DNA of 64,000 nucleotides, from assembly GCA_029717555.1 (NCBI GenBank), contig JAMDHS010000051.1:62001-126000 (forward strand). Direction: 5' to 3'. The DNA is from Peribolospora baueri (Eukaryota). Shown piece by piece: positions 47,676-62,023 of the stretch. The position numbers were made by a program, and so were the translations under genes. The notes under the pieces are model-generated. The model did not search any database. It was given only the letters and a program-made list of their open reading frames with translations, and was not told the origin of the DNA. How positions within the stretch are numbered: the stretch's first letter is position 1; every line of letters begins with the position of its first letter.

Positions 47676-49997
47676 ATGGTGCGCGCCGCCAGCGCCCTCT
47701 TCCTGGCCGACAGCCTCCTGTGCTTTGCCTTCCGACCTTTGCCCAAGCGCCATGGTGCCTTCGTCGCCCGGGCGCTGTCGTCCACGGCTGTCCACAGCCA
47801 GAGGAGGAGGATGGACGAGTTAAGAGACAAGGTTGACCTTGAGATTGAGCCGTTGGGAAGGTCGGTTCAACGGATCGAGCGAGCGCATTCGTGAGAAGGA
47901 GTTGTGGGCGCGGACCATTTCCAACGACAGGCACGAGCCATCTTCCTTCCTTTTGGCTTTCCCCAGGCTGTCCAAGATCGTACCTCCCAAGCGCGGTCGA
48001 GAGATCACGACGCGCGTAGGCTCGACGTATGGGTAAGCGAGTGTGCGCCTCCGCTGGGCGAGGTTCTGCTCTCGAGGCCGCGCATTTCCTCAAATGTTGC
48101 ACCAACGGTGCTTCTTGTATCACTTCTTCTGGCTCATTTTGGCCTCATGCCAGCGGCAATCATTCTCTTTCCTGGGTGTCGCCGCCCCGCACGGTCCTGT
48201 TCGTCAAGAAGCCCCAGGACCCGCGCACATCGGTTGCGATGGCACAAGTGGTAGAGTGAGTATAATAAGATGGTGTGCTGCTGTCGCTTCTTTGTCTGTC
48301 TGCTCGTAAACTCACGGCCCGTCTCATCTCATCACCGTTGCGAAGACATATGCGCACGGAGTATCCGGATGTAGACATCGTTGTGGAGGAAAGCGTCTAC
48401 TCGGAGTTCGTCGACCGGTATCCTTTCCTCGTGCCGTACCGCTCTTGTAAGCGCCCATTCCTCCCCGCTCGCTTTTTTGTGCCAGTACGCTTGAGGGATC
48501 TTACTGAGGAAGACATCCATCTGGATTACCCTCCGTCGTCTACAGCTGACAAGACTCTCCTGGCCCAGAAGGTGGACTTTGTGGTCACGCTAGGCGGGGA
48601 TGGCTCCATCTTGCATGTGTCGGGCATGTTCGACAGATCGGCGGTGCCTCCCGTGCTGAGCTTTAGCATGGGCACATTGGGCTTCCTCCTCCCATTTCGT
48701 GAGTCGGGCAGAGGCATTTAAAATCCTCTGTTCGATGGATGGGGAAGCGTGGAGGACCCACCTTCCTGTTTGGATGGCTGGCTTACGACCTGCTGTCCAA
48801 TCCGTCCAGATATCGACCAATTCCGCACCGCCGTCGCGGACCTGTTCGCGTCGCGCGCATCGCTCCTCTTGCGCATGCGACTGTGTCATTCTGTGCATGG
48901 TCCGGATGGAGAGGAGTTGAGAGGTCGCGGGTGGGACGGAGGCGATCTTGGGGAGGGTCTCGGAGGTGAGCTGGCGACGACGCGCTGAGGACTGCTGCCG
49001 CCTGTGGCAGTAAGGAATGATATGAAAGAGGTCGCAGCGAGTGTCGTTTGTTGATTGGGCCTTCCTCACCCGATCCGTCCTAGGCTTTCACCTCATGAAC
49101 GAGGTGTGCCTTCACCGGGGACGAAGGCCACATATGACGGTGATCGACGCGTTTGTCGATGGCGAGCACCTTACAGAGGCGATCGTGGGTTGCCGGCGGC
49201 CTCCCTCAGCTTTTTTGAAGTCCCTCAAGTGTCCTGATCCTGATCCTGTCTCCTTCATTTCCTCTTCCTTACCGTCTTCTCTTGCTCACACCCAGGCTGA
49301 CGGCCTGATCATCTCCACCCCGACCGGATCCACGGCCTACTCGCTCTCCGCCGGCGGGCCAATCGTCCACCCTTCTGTGCAATCCCTTGTGCTCACGCCC
49401 ATCTGTCCGCGGAGCTTGAGCTTTAGACCGCTCCTTTTCCCCAGTGATGCTACTATCGAGTTGAAGGTGCGCAAGTAAGGCTTAAAGGTGGCTGCGAGCA
49501 CGCGGAAGGAGTGGATGGGAGAGAGTCTGGCGCTTTACTCCCCCACTCAGTCTTTCGGAGATATTCTAACCCATCCTGCCCTTTCCGTGGCTTGATTCGA
49601 ATGGCAGATCGCATCCAAATCTCGCTCTCCGGCTGACCTCTCCATCGACGGCCGAGAGCTCTCGACGCTTCCGCCGGACCACTCGGTGCGAGTGTGCATG
49701 TCTCCGTATCCCATTCCTTGCGTCAATCGCCCGCCGCCTCCCTCATTTCGCGAGGACGTGACAGAAACAGTCGGAAGGCGTGCCGGTGGGTTGTTGACGA
49801 GCGGAAGTGGCGGTGGGGGCGTGGCTTCTTCGAAGGTGGGAGACGACGGCACGCTAGGGGTCGATGCTCAGAAGGAGGATGCCCGGTCGAGAAACAGCGG
49901 CGATAACTGGGTGCGCGACATCAACACGCTACTCAAATTCAATGCTACTTTCGGCGGAAGAGGCAGACTGGAGCCGCCCGAGGGGGAAGGCAGGTAG
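47676..49997 (+). CDS. POS5: NAD(H) kinase, probably mitochondrial Pos5-like, multi-exon
   Basis: [54 protein letters not shown] and [12 protein letters not shown]. Presequence-like N-terminus. Confidence 0.87.
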
Positions 49998-51420
49998 CTT
50001 GCGACAGTTGTCAGGTCCCGGTCCTTCTGACGGGCTCCTCGTTGACATGGGCCGGCGATGGAGGCACTCATCCGATAGCGTGGTTCGGCATCGATCGACT
50101 CGCCTCTTTGTTCGCTCTGTTGGCACGGGTGGATGACGTTACTGGCGCCCTTTGCTGGCTCTGTTGAAGAATCAAGATCGACCGAGCAAGAGCGCGCTCG
50201 CGAACGCGCATCATGTCGCGTCGCCGTCGCACCGCCCGCCTGTCCCTGTGCGGCGTTTTTCGTCGACCAGTCCCAAACGTGTCAAGGTTTGGGGTGCGCA
50301 GGCGACAAGACACGTCAGCCAGGGCGTAATCCTTTCTCCCTGTTCCCGCGGCGGGGTGGCTGTCGGAACGCAAGTCCGCGCGGACTAGACTTAGAGGCGT
50401 ATGCGGTTCGTTTTTGGTGAACGCAGGGCGTAGCCGTGTGTGGACGAAATGGCAACAAATGAGCTGTGTTCGGCTGGAGCTGCTTCACATTGCCCAGGAT
50501 GAGCTGTGTACAGCTTGGTTTTGCTTCTCTGTGGAGGCGAGAGATGAGGCTCGGTTGTGTCCGACAACGCCAGTGGAGTCGTCGGATCGGAATAACAAAA
50601 ACAGACACGAACTGTAGTGATCTGATAAAGAATTTGCAAGCCCTAGTCGGCACGGGACACGCGACCAAGTTGTCCGACGCGATGTCCTCTTCGTTAACTT
50701 GAGGCTACACACTACCCCGGTCCTGCCGCCGATGCAATGACCACTTCCTCTGCTTTTTCCTGCACACCTAGAGACGTCACTTGTCCCCGTCCTTCTCCTC
50801 GGAGCTACGTCCGCCTTGTCATGTGTCCACGCCACATATCTAGGGGCGTGGAAGTCGTTTATCATTGTGGACCACCTTCCGTGCCGTACCGAGTGCATGT
50901 CGCTGAGAAGTCCGATTTACCGGGCGCGGCGACGCAAGGCTGCCAGAATGGGCATCATGCGTGAGCTCGACGCAGTCCACGCGATACGCACAGGATTCGG
51001 ACGGCTATCAGGACGGACATTTGCAATGGACAGGTGGATGAACGGGTTTATAGCACATGAAGGAGCGAGCGGTTTTTGAGCGACGAGGCGAAGGAAACGA
51101 AAGAGAAGCGAGCGAGCGACTGGAGGAATAGGGACAGGGATCCTATTTGATGTCGAATCCAGGCAGCCAGGATGGAAGAATGGCGCGACTAATGTGACCG
51201 AACTGCTTGGACACGCCTTGATAACGAGAATGAGCGGGAAAATGAAGGAGAGTGGGGTGACCGACGAGGCGGGAGTGACAACTGGGTAGGCAGAAGGGTA
51301 TATGCACGAACAGATATACAAGAATATGAAGCGAACAATAGGCCGATGCAGCGACGCGCCTTATCGAATAATCTCCCCATGGTTTTTGGCCTTTCGAGCT
51401 CGGAGAACGCGTTTGGAAGC

Positions 51421-54212
51421 TCAATGCGAGCAGTACTGCTGGAAGAAGTCCGTAGATGAGGATGGGTAAAACCAGAACGACACGGCGACAACCTTTTCAA
51501 ATGAGGACGAAGGGAAGCGAAAGGTGGCGAAACGACGGTCAGCGACGCCTTCCGGCGTATACGAAATCTTCACCTGAAGCTGGACACGCACGATGTATAT
51601 CATCTGACGAAGTCATAATAAGGATAGAGGCGAGAGGGAGGATGAAAGATGAGTGGCCAAGAGACAATGTCAGTCAGGTCGAAGCCGGCCGAAGCACCAA
51701 TTCAAGTTTACTACGGAAAACACACCATCTGGAGGTTAAAAAAGACGACGGAAAAGAACACTCTGGTCAGCACGATGTGGTACAGTCAAAGGGGACGTGC
51801 TAACGAAACTCACCAGCTAATATTTCCAGGACACGCGTGGAGGCGAAACAAAGACGTAAAACGAATGTGAGCCAGGCAAGCTTGGCCTTGCCCGCAGAGC
51901 GTGCACCTCCACGCCGCGCAACTCACAATAAATCCTTCCATCCAGTTTGCCCGCCCGTCTTGGATACAGTAGTTGACTGCGAGCACGGTGAAGAAGAGGA
52001 TGATTGTGGAGTACGGATCGAACAGGAGCGAAAGTGGCTTTCCCGCAATCCATGCAATGACGACGAGAAGGGGCTGATCGGCAGAGATGCAGAGTGAATT
52101 CGTCAGCGCGTTTCCAAGGTCAGGGAGAGTTTGTGCGACGGGATGAGTTGGCGAGGTACGTACAATGACGAAGAGGGCGATTTGCTGTCAAAGGCGGGGG
52201 AGAATATACTCGTCTGGTCAGGACGTTCAAAGCAACAATGGATTTAGAGATCGTGCAGCCGCTCACAATAGAAGACCCAACAGCGACGCCCATCGAGAGA
52301 TCAAGCTTGTCCTTCCAAGCGACTGTGACGGCAGTTACGTGTTCGGCCTGGAGCAGAGCGAATTTAAGCGAAGAAGCGAACCATCAGTGACGGAACACCG
52401 CGAAGTGGGATCTCAGAAGATTTGAACACGCACAGCATTGGACGCGATCGGCAAGAGGATGATGCCGGTCCAGTAGAGGTTGGCGCTCGTGTCCTGAGTG
52501 AAACCGTCGATGGCGTCAACGAGCCACTCGGCCGTCACGCCGACGAAGACGGTGACAACGACAAGGAGCATGATGGTGTAGGGGAAGTTGAGCTGAGGGG
52601 TCTCCTCTTCACCGCTCTCTTCGTCTTCGTAGAATTCGGTGTGCGTGTAGAGGGAGAAGCCGAGGTAGCCAAGGTAACTGTGGGAAATGGCACATGACAA
52701 GCTAAACGGGTCAGGGCTGGGCGACAAAGTGGCGAAGACGGCCAACAGACTCCTCACATGAGAAGGAGGATGACCGCCGTGCCTCGGCTGAGTTTCAACA
52801 GGTCGACTCGTCTGCGAGAACGTTAAGAGGTCAGCGAAGAAGTTTGCTGATGAATGGGGAACAATTGTACTTACTCGGTAGGGTCCGGAATGTCATTCTG
52901 AAGGACGACAGCGGACAAATCGTTTAAGGAGTCAGAACTAGGAACCACCCTCAGAATGCATGATTACTCACACCGAGGGTGGCATGAAACGCGGCGGGGA
53001 TAATGAGTGAGATGACGGCCATGGTCAGAAGCGACGAGTTCAGCTGAGCAGCGGTGACCTTGAACTCTTGTTCCTTGAATCGGACGCCACCGACGAAGAG
53101 GCACATGCCAAGGACGAGGAGGAGGTTGGAGAGGATGGAGCCCAGGAGGGAAGACTGCACGACGACTAGCTCGCAGTGGAAGAGAGCGATGATGGCGACG
53201 ATGAGTTCCACGGCGTTGCCGAGAGACGCGTTGATAAGGCTGTTTGGAGGCCACCCTCGATCAGCATGGTGAGGTAGGCAAACGCAAGCCGATTAGAGTC
53301 AAGTGCCTCACCCCCCAAGCGTCTGACCGACCCGTATTGACAATTCCTCCGTCGCAAAACCGAGCAGCTTGGCCAAAGGGATGATGGCCAAGAACGCGAC
53401 TGCGAAGGCGAACCGAGTCCGGTCAATCATTTATCCGCCTGCAAAGCAGACGGCCGCCGGCGTGACCGAGCGGTAGACATGCGCTTACAGATGAACTCCG
53501 CCAAGGGTGAGACTTTGCTTGGGCTGAAGAAATGGCATGCCCAGGATACGGGGATGAACAGGAGCAGAACGTTAAGCCTGAGAAGTAGGGCACCATAGGC
53601 AAGGCCACGGTATACGAAGTGAGAACATCTCGCGTCAGCTCGTTCAACACAGCCCCAAATCAAGAAATGGTTGTAAGAAACGGCGGCTAACCAGGAGCAT
53701 TTCACGGTGTTCACGAACGATCGCGTGTACGACGGTGCCTTGCCAATTTTCTTTTCCGGTCTGAGGAGAGTGGACATAGACCTACAGGTCGGGCATGAAT
53801 GACGGGGCAGGGCATGAGGTCAACGCCAACGAGCGAGGGAGAGTGGGAGGTTGTGGAGTGCGACGAATTCTGCTCACCTCTTCAGCGCCGCGGAGTCAAT
53901 CGTCACCCTCCTGGGAAGACCATGACCACCGAGCCCAGCGTCCGGGTCCGTGTCTGTTCTAAGCAATACCCCTGGCTCTTCAGCATCGGGCGGCGCAAAG
54001 TACTCGTCGATCCTGGCGCTCTTGCGACGGTTGATCGTGCCAGAAGGAGAGCGGGACGAGCTCGCACTGACGTTGCCATTGCCGTCGGCCCGGGAGAGAA
54101 TATTGGTGGGCGGTTCCTCGCTGACCGCCGTGCTGCCGCCCCAGGCCGTGGTGGGCGATTCACGTTCAGGCGAGAAGCCGCCCTTTTCGACGTCGTCTAC
54201 CTTCTGAGACAT
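51421..54212 (-). CDS. VCX1: Vacuolar Ca2+/H+ exchanger (CAX family), many exons
   Basis: [70 protein letters not shown] and SSIQTGGQT-containing exons. Confidence 0.92.
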
Positions 54213-54867
54213 GGCGGCGCTAGTTGGGTTGCGAAGGAGACGGAACGGACGGAGATGGAGGGTGAGACGAAGCGATCGGGGATGGAGGATATACAATGTT
54301 GGAGAGGCAGGTTCGGGACGGGAAGGAGGGAGGAAGCGAGCGTTGTGCTCGAAGCAGCGCTGTAAGTTACCGTTGGTGGGCGCTGGAAAGGGGGCTCGAG
54401 TGAGGTAGTGTGTCGGAGAGGCGGTGGTGGAGGAGGACGATGATGGACGACGGTGGGTGACGGTGAAGCGAACGGAAGGTGATGAATGTCGCTGAGCGCC
54501 AAGAGTGGAAGCGATCAAGTTCCTGTCTCTGAGCTGATTGATGGATGATGACCTGTGCCGTGCCAGCTTCTGAACGGCGCCGCGCCGGCGTGGTGGGCTT
54601 GGCACGGTAATAAGAATTTCACATTTACTTGGCACCCACACGACGCGACCGAGTTCGATTCCACCTGCCCCGACGAACCTTCGAAGAAGATTCGCTTTCG
54701 AAAGCCGGGCACGGAACTGGCTGGCGAACGGTGCAGAGCCCGTCCTATGCGGCGCCAGAACGTTGCCTTTCTCCAAGCCCTGGCACGGCATCCACTGCGC
54801 GTTTCAACCTCGTACGTACGGGAGCCGCAGCAGCCAAACAAAGGCATATCGATCCTGACTACCTTCA

Positions 54868-56473
54868 CTACTGAGCGGTGAAACCAGCGCGCATGCCGTC
54901 CCGCGCGATCCTCTCCACCTCATCGTGGGTCAGGCCCAAGCCCACAGGAGCTTGGGCGAGGAGAAGGGCGTACTCGCCCACGAGAGAAGTGCGAAATGGC
55001 AGTGTGTCATCCGTCTGGCCAATGCGGGCGGTGCAGCCAGAGAGAAGGAAGGATCGGTTATCAGATCTCACTGTTGCGTGGACAGGCTCGCAGATGCCGT
55101 GGCGCCGCATCGCCCCAGCACGCGATCTCAATGGAACGCATGCGCAGACGGAAAGCCAGCCACTCACACAGATCGCGAACGGGTGTCGACGTTCCAAAAG
55201 AAAATGGAGGTGGTGAGATTCAAGGTCAGGTACCGTCTTGCAGCTGACACAGCGCACGCAACATGCCCCGAGACATCGAGTTCGGGAAAGCCAAAAAGCC
55301 AAACGGACGAGAGGAGCAGATTCAGTCGTCCGACAATTCCGTCATCGCGGCGGTCGCCGGATTGGAGGGCACCACTCACATTAAGTTGGAGCTCAGGCAG
55401 ATTTCAATAGGGGTCCTCCTCTCCAGCACCAGGTCAAGGCTCGCTTCCGCCTCTTCCTGCATGGACTGCCGGCTGGACCCACCGGCGAGCGGAAAAGTGA
55501 GCTCTTCTCCGTCTGCCCGAGCCGGGCGACGGAGTTGGAGAAAAGTGGCATGACCGAGCCGATCGGGGTAGAGAGAGAGGAGGTCACGCAGCTCGCCTGG
55601 TGGAGTATTAGGGATCTGGCGAAACATAAAGACCGACCAACTAAGCTTCAAGGATATTTTTTTCGAAAAGCCCAAGAAGACTCGCCTCTGCGATATGGGT
55701 GGTAAACCGGAGCCCTCCCTCCTTTGCTTTCCTCAGAGCAGGTAGCAGGAGACGCACGTCGCCTTTCGAGACGTCGCCGCAAAGGTCGACGCCAACGATC
55801 TTGCTACCTTCCGCACCCGTCTGCCCCCTGAGGCTGAGCGCGAGGTCGACGACTCGATCGGCCACCTCTGGTGACATGCGACGGTCGGTCGCGACAATAA
55901 GAGCGGTACGCATTTGTGTCTCTGGCTGTCCATTCCGAGATTGATCAAACTCTTCCATGGCCACTATCACCGATCTGAGGTACTGCTCCATGTCCATGGC
56001 CACCTTTCCAGCCTTGTCGAGCACCTCGCGCGGGGTGGTTCGCAACTCTAGGTAGAAGCATCCGTTCGCAGCAAAGTCCTCTAGCACGGCCAGCGTCGCC
56101 CGTCGTATGGCCGCGGGCGTGGAAGTGAGAGCGTAGATGGCTGGGAAGAGGCCGAAAAAGCTGCAGACAAGTCGAGAATGGGCCGGGCCAAAACACTCAA
56201 CTTAGTTCAGAGAAACCAACGAGGGCAGGTCGAACGAACTCACTCTTCGACTCTATCGAGCTCGACTCCCTCCTCAAGCTTGCGGATCCCTTCCACGATG
56301 GTCCAATCCTGTATGTTCTTCTCCGCCCTCTCCCTAGCCAGCGCTCGAAGGCATTCCAAGGGTATCGATCCATTGAGATGGGCGTGCAGCTCTGCCTTGG
56401 GTAGCTTGCGCAACCAGTCCTTGTCCTTGTCTGTGAGTGCGGCCAGTGCGAGCTGGGACGGAGAAGCCGCCAT
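54868..56473 (-). CDS. Adenosine deaminase-like protein (ADAL / N6-methyl-AMP deaminase family), multi-exon
   Basis: LPKAELHAHLNGSI, YLELRTTPR, GVDLCG, THIAE, DRLGHATF, EICLSSN and TDD. Confidence 0.9.
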
Positions 56474-56753
56474 TCTGTACAGTTCTTTGTGACGGCGAGG
56501 ATGTGATTTAGAACAAATGCATTCCTGGATTGGAAGCCGTAGATGCCAGATCCGGTTCTGACCTGGAAGAAGGCTGACACGAGGCCAGACGGTGGTCAGT
56601 GAAAGTCGAAGTGAGGGGGATAGCATCTCGTATGGCCGGTGATCGTGACTTAGGGCTGCGAGACACTCATCGCGTCCAGACACGTTCGCCTGTTCACTTC
56701 CTCCTTCATTACCACCACCACCAAGTCATTGCCACACCGCACGAAATCTAAGC

Positions 56754-59700
56754 ATGGTGATGCCAACAGGAAGACGTCTTTTACGACATGAAATTTCTGA
56801 GCCCGTTGAAGAGGGGGACGAGGACGGTTCACTCACGAAATCGGACAAGCCCGTAATAGACGCCGTCAGCGAGTACCTGACGTCCATCCTGACTCTCACG
56901 CATCCACCTGCTCGTCGCTCTCTTCATTGATATTCGCGCTTAGGCCTTGAAGCTGACCCGCTGACTTACCGCCACTCGCAATCAGCGCTCTTCAAGCGCG
57001 TAGAGCCTTGTCTGAAGTATTCGGAGCGTTCCAACGCCCAGCTCCTCCTGGACCTCAAAGCGCTAGCACAATCAGCAAAAGCCGCTTCGAAATTTGAGGA
57101 GACGTGCAAACAGGGGGGCTTCGCGGAGGCTATGGACGCGGCCGGTGAGATAGTACGGAGCGTGCAAGGGACGTCTGAAGGCTCTCTCTACTGACGGTCG
57201 GAGCCGGCGTCAGGCGTCCAACTCTGGAACGCTTCGGCCTACATCCAGCGGGAGGCCACGGCCCAAGGTGAAGACGAAGAGTTCAGAAAGTTTTTTGCAG
57301 CCAGTGAGTTCCTCCGACTGCGAATTGAGAAGATCTGTGCACCATAGACGATTGTACTCAGCAAGACCTTCCCATCACCGTCTACGATAAAGTACGCGTT
57401 GCCGGAGCAGCCCTCATTGAAACGGCCTGCATGAGACCGTACGACGATGACTGTGCGTGGGAGACCGGCACATAAGGTGCACGATCAGCTGTGCTTTGTG
57501 ATCTGCTCGCTCATCCAACGTTCAAACGCTTCCCGCTGGTCAGCGCTTATTCGTTTGCTCCATACGAAAAGCAAAGCCGCCGCCGCCCTCGTTGGTGAGA
57601 TGCGGACATACAGCGGAAGATCCTTTACTCATACACTTGCGATTTTGCTGACACTGGAACTCGTGCAGCCGCTGGAGACAAGGGGGAAGCCAATGAGCTA
57701 CTCGAGAGCATAGCAGAAGTTCGCATACAGCCCGGTTCGTATTCCTTAGGATATTCTGATGGCTCATGACCACATATTTTCAGATCCCCGGGCGGCTTGG
57801 AGAATATGCCACCACCGATCAGGGGGACGAGGAGATGCAAAAGCAGTACTGTTCGGCAATGCAGAGCTTTTTCCTGACCAGGGTCGATCTGGTAACCAAC
57901 TAGTCTCCCGCTCGCAGCGCTCTCTTGGGTACAGGTCCTCTCCTAACGTTGTGTGCACCATGAATGCGGCTCACAGGCCTGGAAACAGCACAAGGAGGAC
58001 GTCACGTTCTATCACCTTTCACAGGCGTGTGGTAAGTGGGCTTGCATCTGCACAGCAGCACACATGTAATTTGCTAGTACTTAATCTTCCTCCCACCTAG
58101 CCTACGAGCTTCTCAATCTGATGTCGCCGTCGGAGGTGACGACTAGTGGCTTCGTCTCGATTTCGAACTACTTACCTTCCCTGACGAGATCTTTTGGTTT
58201 CCCCGCAGCTGGAACGCTTGGCATACAAAGTGGCGTCGATCGGTTCTACGGCGTTCGACAGTGCGATTGGGACGCTCTCATCGTCAAATATGGCAACCGA
58301 AGAGGGACAAGGTGGAAACCCCCGGTCAGGCGCCCTCGCCTGGTCTATCAAGGTTCTCAATCTCGCCCTCCGCTTGGCAGATCATCTGGACTCCACCCGT
58401 GGCCTGACGGTATTCGAATTGAGGGTGCGGGTTTCAAAGGTTCTACGATACGTCTACTGTACTTGAAGACAATCTCTCTGTGCTTTTATCCTTAGGCAAA
58501 GGTCCTCAAGGCTCTGGGCGAGTACAGCGTCAAGACGCGCTTCTAATCTTTGCGACTGTTCTGAACGTCGTCTATGCCTCCAGCGAGAGCATATATCGAA
58601 GTTTCAGCAGATGATCCGTCGAGCCTTGCGGAAGGCGAGAAGGCAGTAGATGAATTGCTCCAAAGCTCAAGCAGAGAGCCTTATTCGGATCAGTTGGCCC
58701 AGGTATCTCCAGTCGGGCCCTGCTCTTGGGCTGGAACACAAATTCTAACAATCCTTGCCTGTCTCCATTACAGGAGCGCCTTAGCGTCTTTTCTCTCAAA
58801 CTTGAGATATTGCGCAAGCGCAGTGCCAGCGTCTTGGATCACTTCGAGCTCGTTAATGCGATGGCCGCCAGTGTCGTTTTCGAAGAAGGAGCTTTCAACA
58901 TGTGCGTGTGTGTGCAATGTGCTTTGTGCTTGAACCGCGCTTTAGTCCGAGTTGACAAAGTTGGGATCCATACAGTGTCCTCGGGCAATACCGCGACCTC
59001 AGTGAAACGCAGTGAGCAGTGATGTACCCCTGGCGTTTCTGACGAGCTTCTGTTTACAATCTGCCTCATTTTCAGACCTGACATCACTCGACACACCCTA
59101 CAAGCATTTCTTAAAGGAGCCGTCGCTGCAGAGCAAGCGTCCGGGCACGCTTTCATTCCACGTCTCCTCGTCGCCATTGTCCTCCTCTCCAAACCCAAAG
59201 TACGACTGGAGGCGGCCACAAAGGAAATTCGGCAAGCTTTTGACAGTGCGTGACCTTTGGTGGTTTATTTTTGGTACGGCTACCCTTACTTTTGTCTTTG
59301 CTGAATTTCGTAGCCGTGCAAGCCGATACATCCATCGAGCTGGGTGCAGATGTAGTATTTGCTTGCCAAATGGTACGCTGAGAAGACGACAGGCTTTTCC
59401 AAGCTGGGACCAAGATCGAATGCTCAGCCGCTCTGCTCGGTCCACTCCATGTTTTCTACAGCTGCTGTGGAAAGACGCGGATACCTTTTACCACAAGGAG
59501 CGCTTTGAGCAAGCTGCGCATCTCTACTTGCTCGCCTCACATCCCTGCTTCAAATCTGCTAACGTCAAGAACCTATCCAAATGCTACAGGCGAGTCATGG
59601 CTAATTTACGCTTTCGTCGCTCGGCCAAGACCCAATCTCTCTTCTCTCTTCCTCTTCCTCTCTCTCTCAGAAAAGCGTCACTTTGCCACGTGAAGCTGGG

Positions 59701-61919
59701 CGATTATGACAAGGCTGCCGACATCATTGGTCAAGCCGCTGCCAACGACGACGATATCGCAAATCATTACTTGGTCTTTCTCGCAGCAGCTCATCGAAAC
59801 GACGAAGGCCAAGGTGAGCGTGTCAAGGTATATGAACCAGCGAGATCGAGTTGGCCGCTCACAAACTTCCACCGCGCCCAGCAATTGCTGCGATAAAGTC
59901 GATGGTTCGCGCTCCAAACTACAGCGTGAAGATGCTTTTTGGGGCCATCCAACAGGCCTACGATGCCGGCCTCAAGGACCTCCTGCTAATGATCCTTGCG
60001 CAAATTTTGGAGGATGTGCTCTCGGGCAGCGGCGAGGCGGCTGAGCTCTCGGAGGTCGACGCACTTATCTTGCTCCGTTGCATTGTCAAAGCATCTGTAG
60101 AGCTTGAAGATGAGCATCGGCGTGTGGAGCAATTAGCCACTCACTTTAAAACAGGTGCGCCTCTCTCAGCGAACTAGTCTTGTCGTCACGAGCTAAACCA
60201 CTTTAACTCTCTTTTCAGCGAGTGACCTCTTAGCAAAGGCTTTGACGTCTCCAGCGCCGTCTTCGAGCGCCGCTCTCGATGCTGCCTGGTTTTTCAAGAC
60301 CGGTAAGTTGGACTTTTCCCTTGGAAATCCATCCTGGAACGGTTCTAATTCGTATCGCCTAATCCCCTCCTGCTTGAACAGCTTACAATGTTGCCATCCA
60401 AGCGTTGATGACTTGCTCTCCCGAAGAGACGAGCAGCCTTTTCGAGGTTGCCTTAGAGGTGATTTCTACTGATGATTTTCCGTCTGCTCAGGGCGCCGTC
60501 CTGACCATGCTTGTCGACCCTCAGCTCATGAAACTCTACCAGAACATTCCCAGCGCGCCCCATGAGCCTGAACTGAGCTCATACATGGTCTGGAGCAAGC
60601 TAGCGCAAATCGTCGGTCGGGTTTTCAACGCCCGCACAACCGACAGTCCTGATTTGAGAGTAAGGGAATCAGCTCATGGAGAAGTTTTGACCAGGCTGAC
60701 GGAGCTACATTTTTGCGTTTATAAGTCGTCCGAGTTCGAGTTGGTGATCCAAGACATCGACGAATGCAAGAGCCTACTCAGTGCTGCTTGTGAAGCCGTA
60801 TCTGATGGAGCTTCCGACGATCCAGCGTTTCGCATTCGAGTGAGATGGACAGAGAAGGACGGATGACATAGATGACCATTTAACCTCTTCTGTTTTGTTC
60901 TTGGCTTGGCAGTGGGGGCTCCTAATTTTGCAACTGGAGACCATGGTCGGACTGTCGGCGTGGGATGGGGCGCTGGCGCTCATAAATGTAAGCTGTGCCG
61001 CCGAGGCATCATTCACTTGACGAACTGAACTGATCCCGTCTGCCCGTGAACAGGAAACGCTCGTAGTCGAGGATTGCCCGACATGGGTGTTTGAGGCTCT
61101 TGTGGATATCCTCTGGCAGGAAAGCGCCTGCCCGACTCATAGTATGTCAACGCTCTTGTACTCATACGTTGCAGCTACTAACACTGCGATTTTTTTTCAT
61201 GCTCTGCCACGCAGTCCTTTCTAAAGCGTTGAAGGTGCCTATTGGACGATCTGAGCACTTCACCGAAGGTCCCTTCAAACTGACGTCGGCGTTCTCATCG
61301 CTCGCAGGTGATCCTCCGGGTCTTGCTAGCCCGCAAGTATCTTACCTTGGAGAAGTACTCTCGCTGGTTGCGAAGCCTCATCTATCTCCTGCTCAGCGAG
61401 GGCGACTCAAACGAACGCTCGGAGGCCGCCGAGTTCGCGAAGCAAGCCCTGCTGCTCGTGCAGAGGAGCGCAACGGTATCGGCAGATTGTAGGACTACGG
61501 GGTATCCGCAAGACGAGATAGTGTGGCTGATGACTACATGTTGGCGCACTGGGCTTGAAGCTTTCTCGTGAGTGGTGATATTTAAGGAAACGACTTGTCA
61601 TTTGGATTTTGCTCCTAGTCTCGAGGATAGTAGACGTAATGCTATGCTATATCCGAACGCAATGAGCAGGACTTCGAACTTCGCCGCTGCAAGGGAATGG
61701 TGCGAGTTAGCCATCAACTTCGCTCGTCACGAGATGGGCGGGTTCCCCTCGGCCCAAGTAAGCAGGCTCAATTACGGAACGTTTGCCTTCTCAGAAGTTC
61801 TAGCGCTCATTGCCGGTGTGGAACAATTTGAAAAGATGCAGACGGACTACGATCGCCTTCTTGACAGATTCGGCGTCACGGAAGAACAACAGGGGCATGA
61901 TTTGCTCATGGGCGATTGA
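56754..61919 (+). CDS. SPO22: Meiotic TPR protein Spo22/Zip4 (TEX11 family), many small exons
   Basis: GVQLWNAS, KVLKALARAYIE, LLWKDADTFY..RFEQAAHLY, KCYRKASLC, KYSRWLRSLI, YPQDEIVWLMTTCW and AREWCELAI. Confidence 0.85.
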
Positions 61920-62023
61920 TGCAGGAAGATTCAATGTATCGAAAGTGCAAGTAGATGCGGCGTGAGATACAAAATGCAAACACATTAACCAAACCGATGC
62001 ATTGAGTGTAGGGACACCTGCAT

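Noticed and set aside
50000..51400. Possible small gene between POS5 and VCX1
   Set aside because: I could not build a coherent exon chain or find a recognisable motif.
3786..56753. Several head-to-head gene pairs with 200-300 bp spacers (MRPL27/SEC20, POP1/SUZ, WDR70/POS5, ADAL/SPO22)
   Set aside because: Ordinary for compact fungal genomes.
57305..58100. Apparent long intron or nested gene inside SPO22
   Set aside because: It resolves into small in-frame exons (IRVAGAALIETAC; LIRLLHTKSKAAAAL; GEANELLESIAE).
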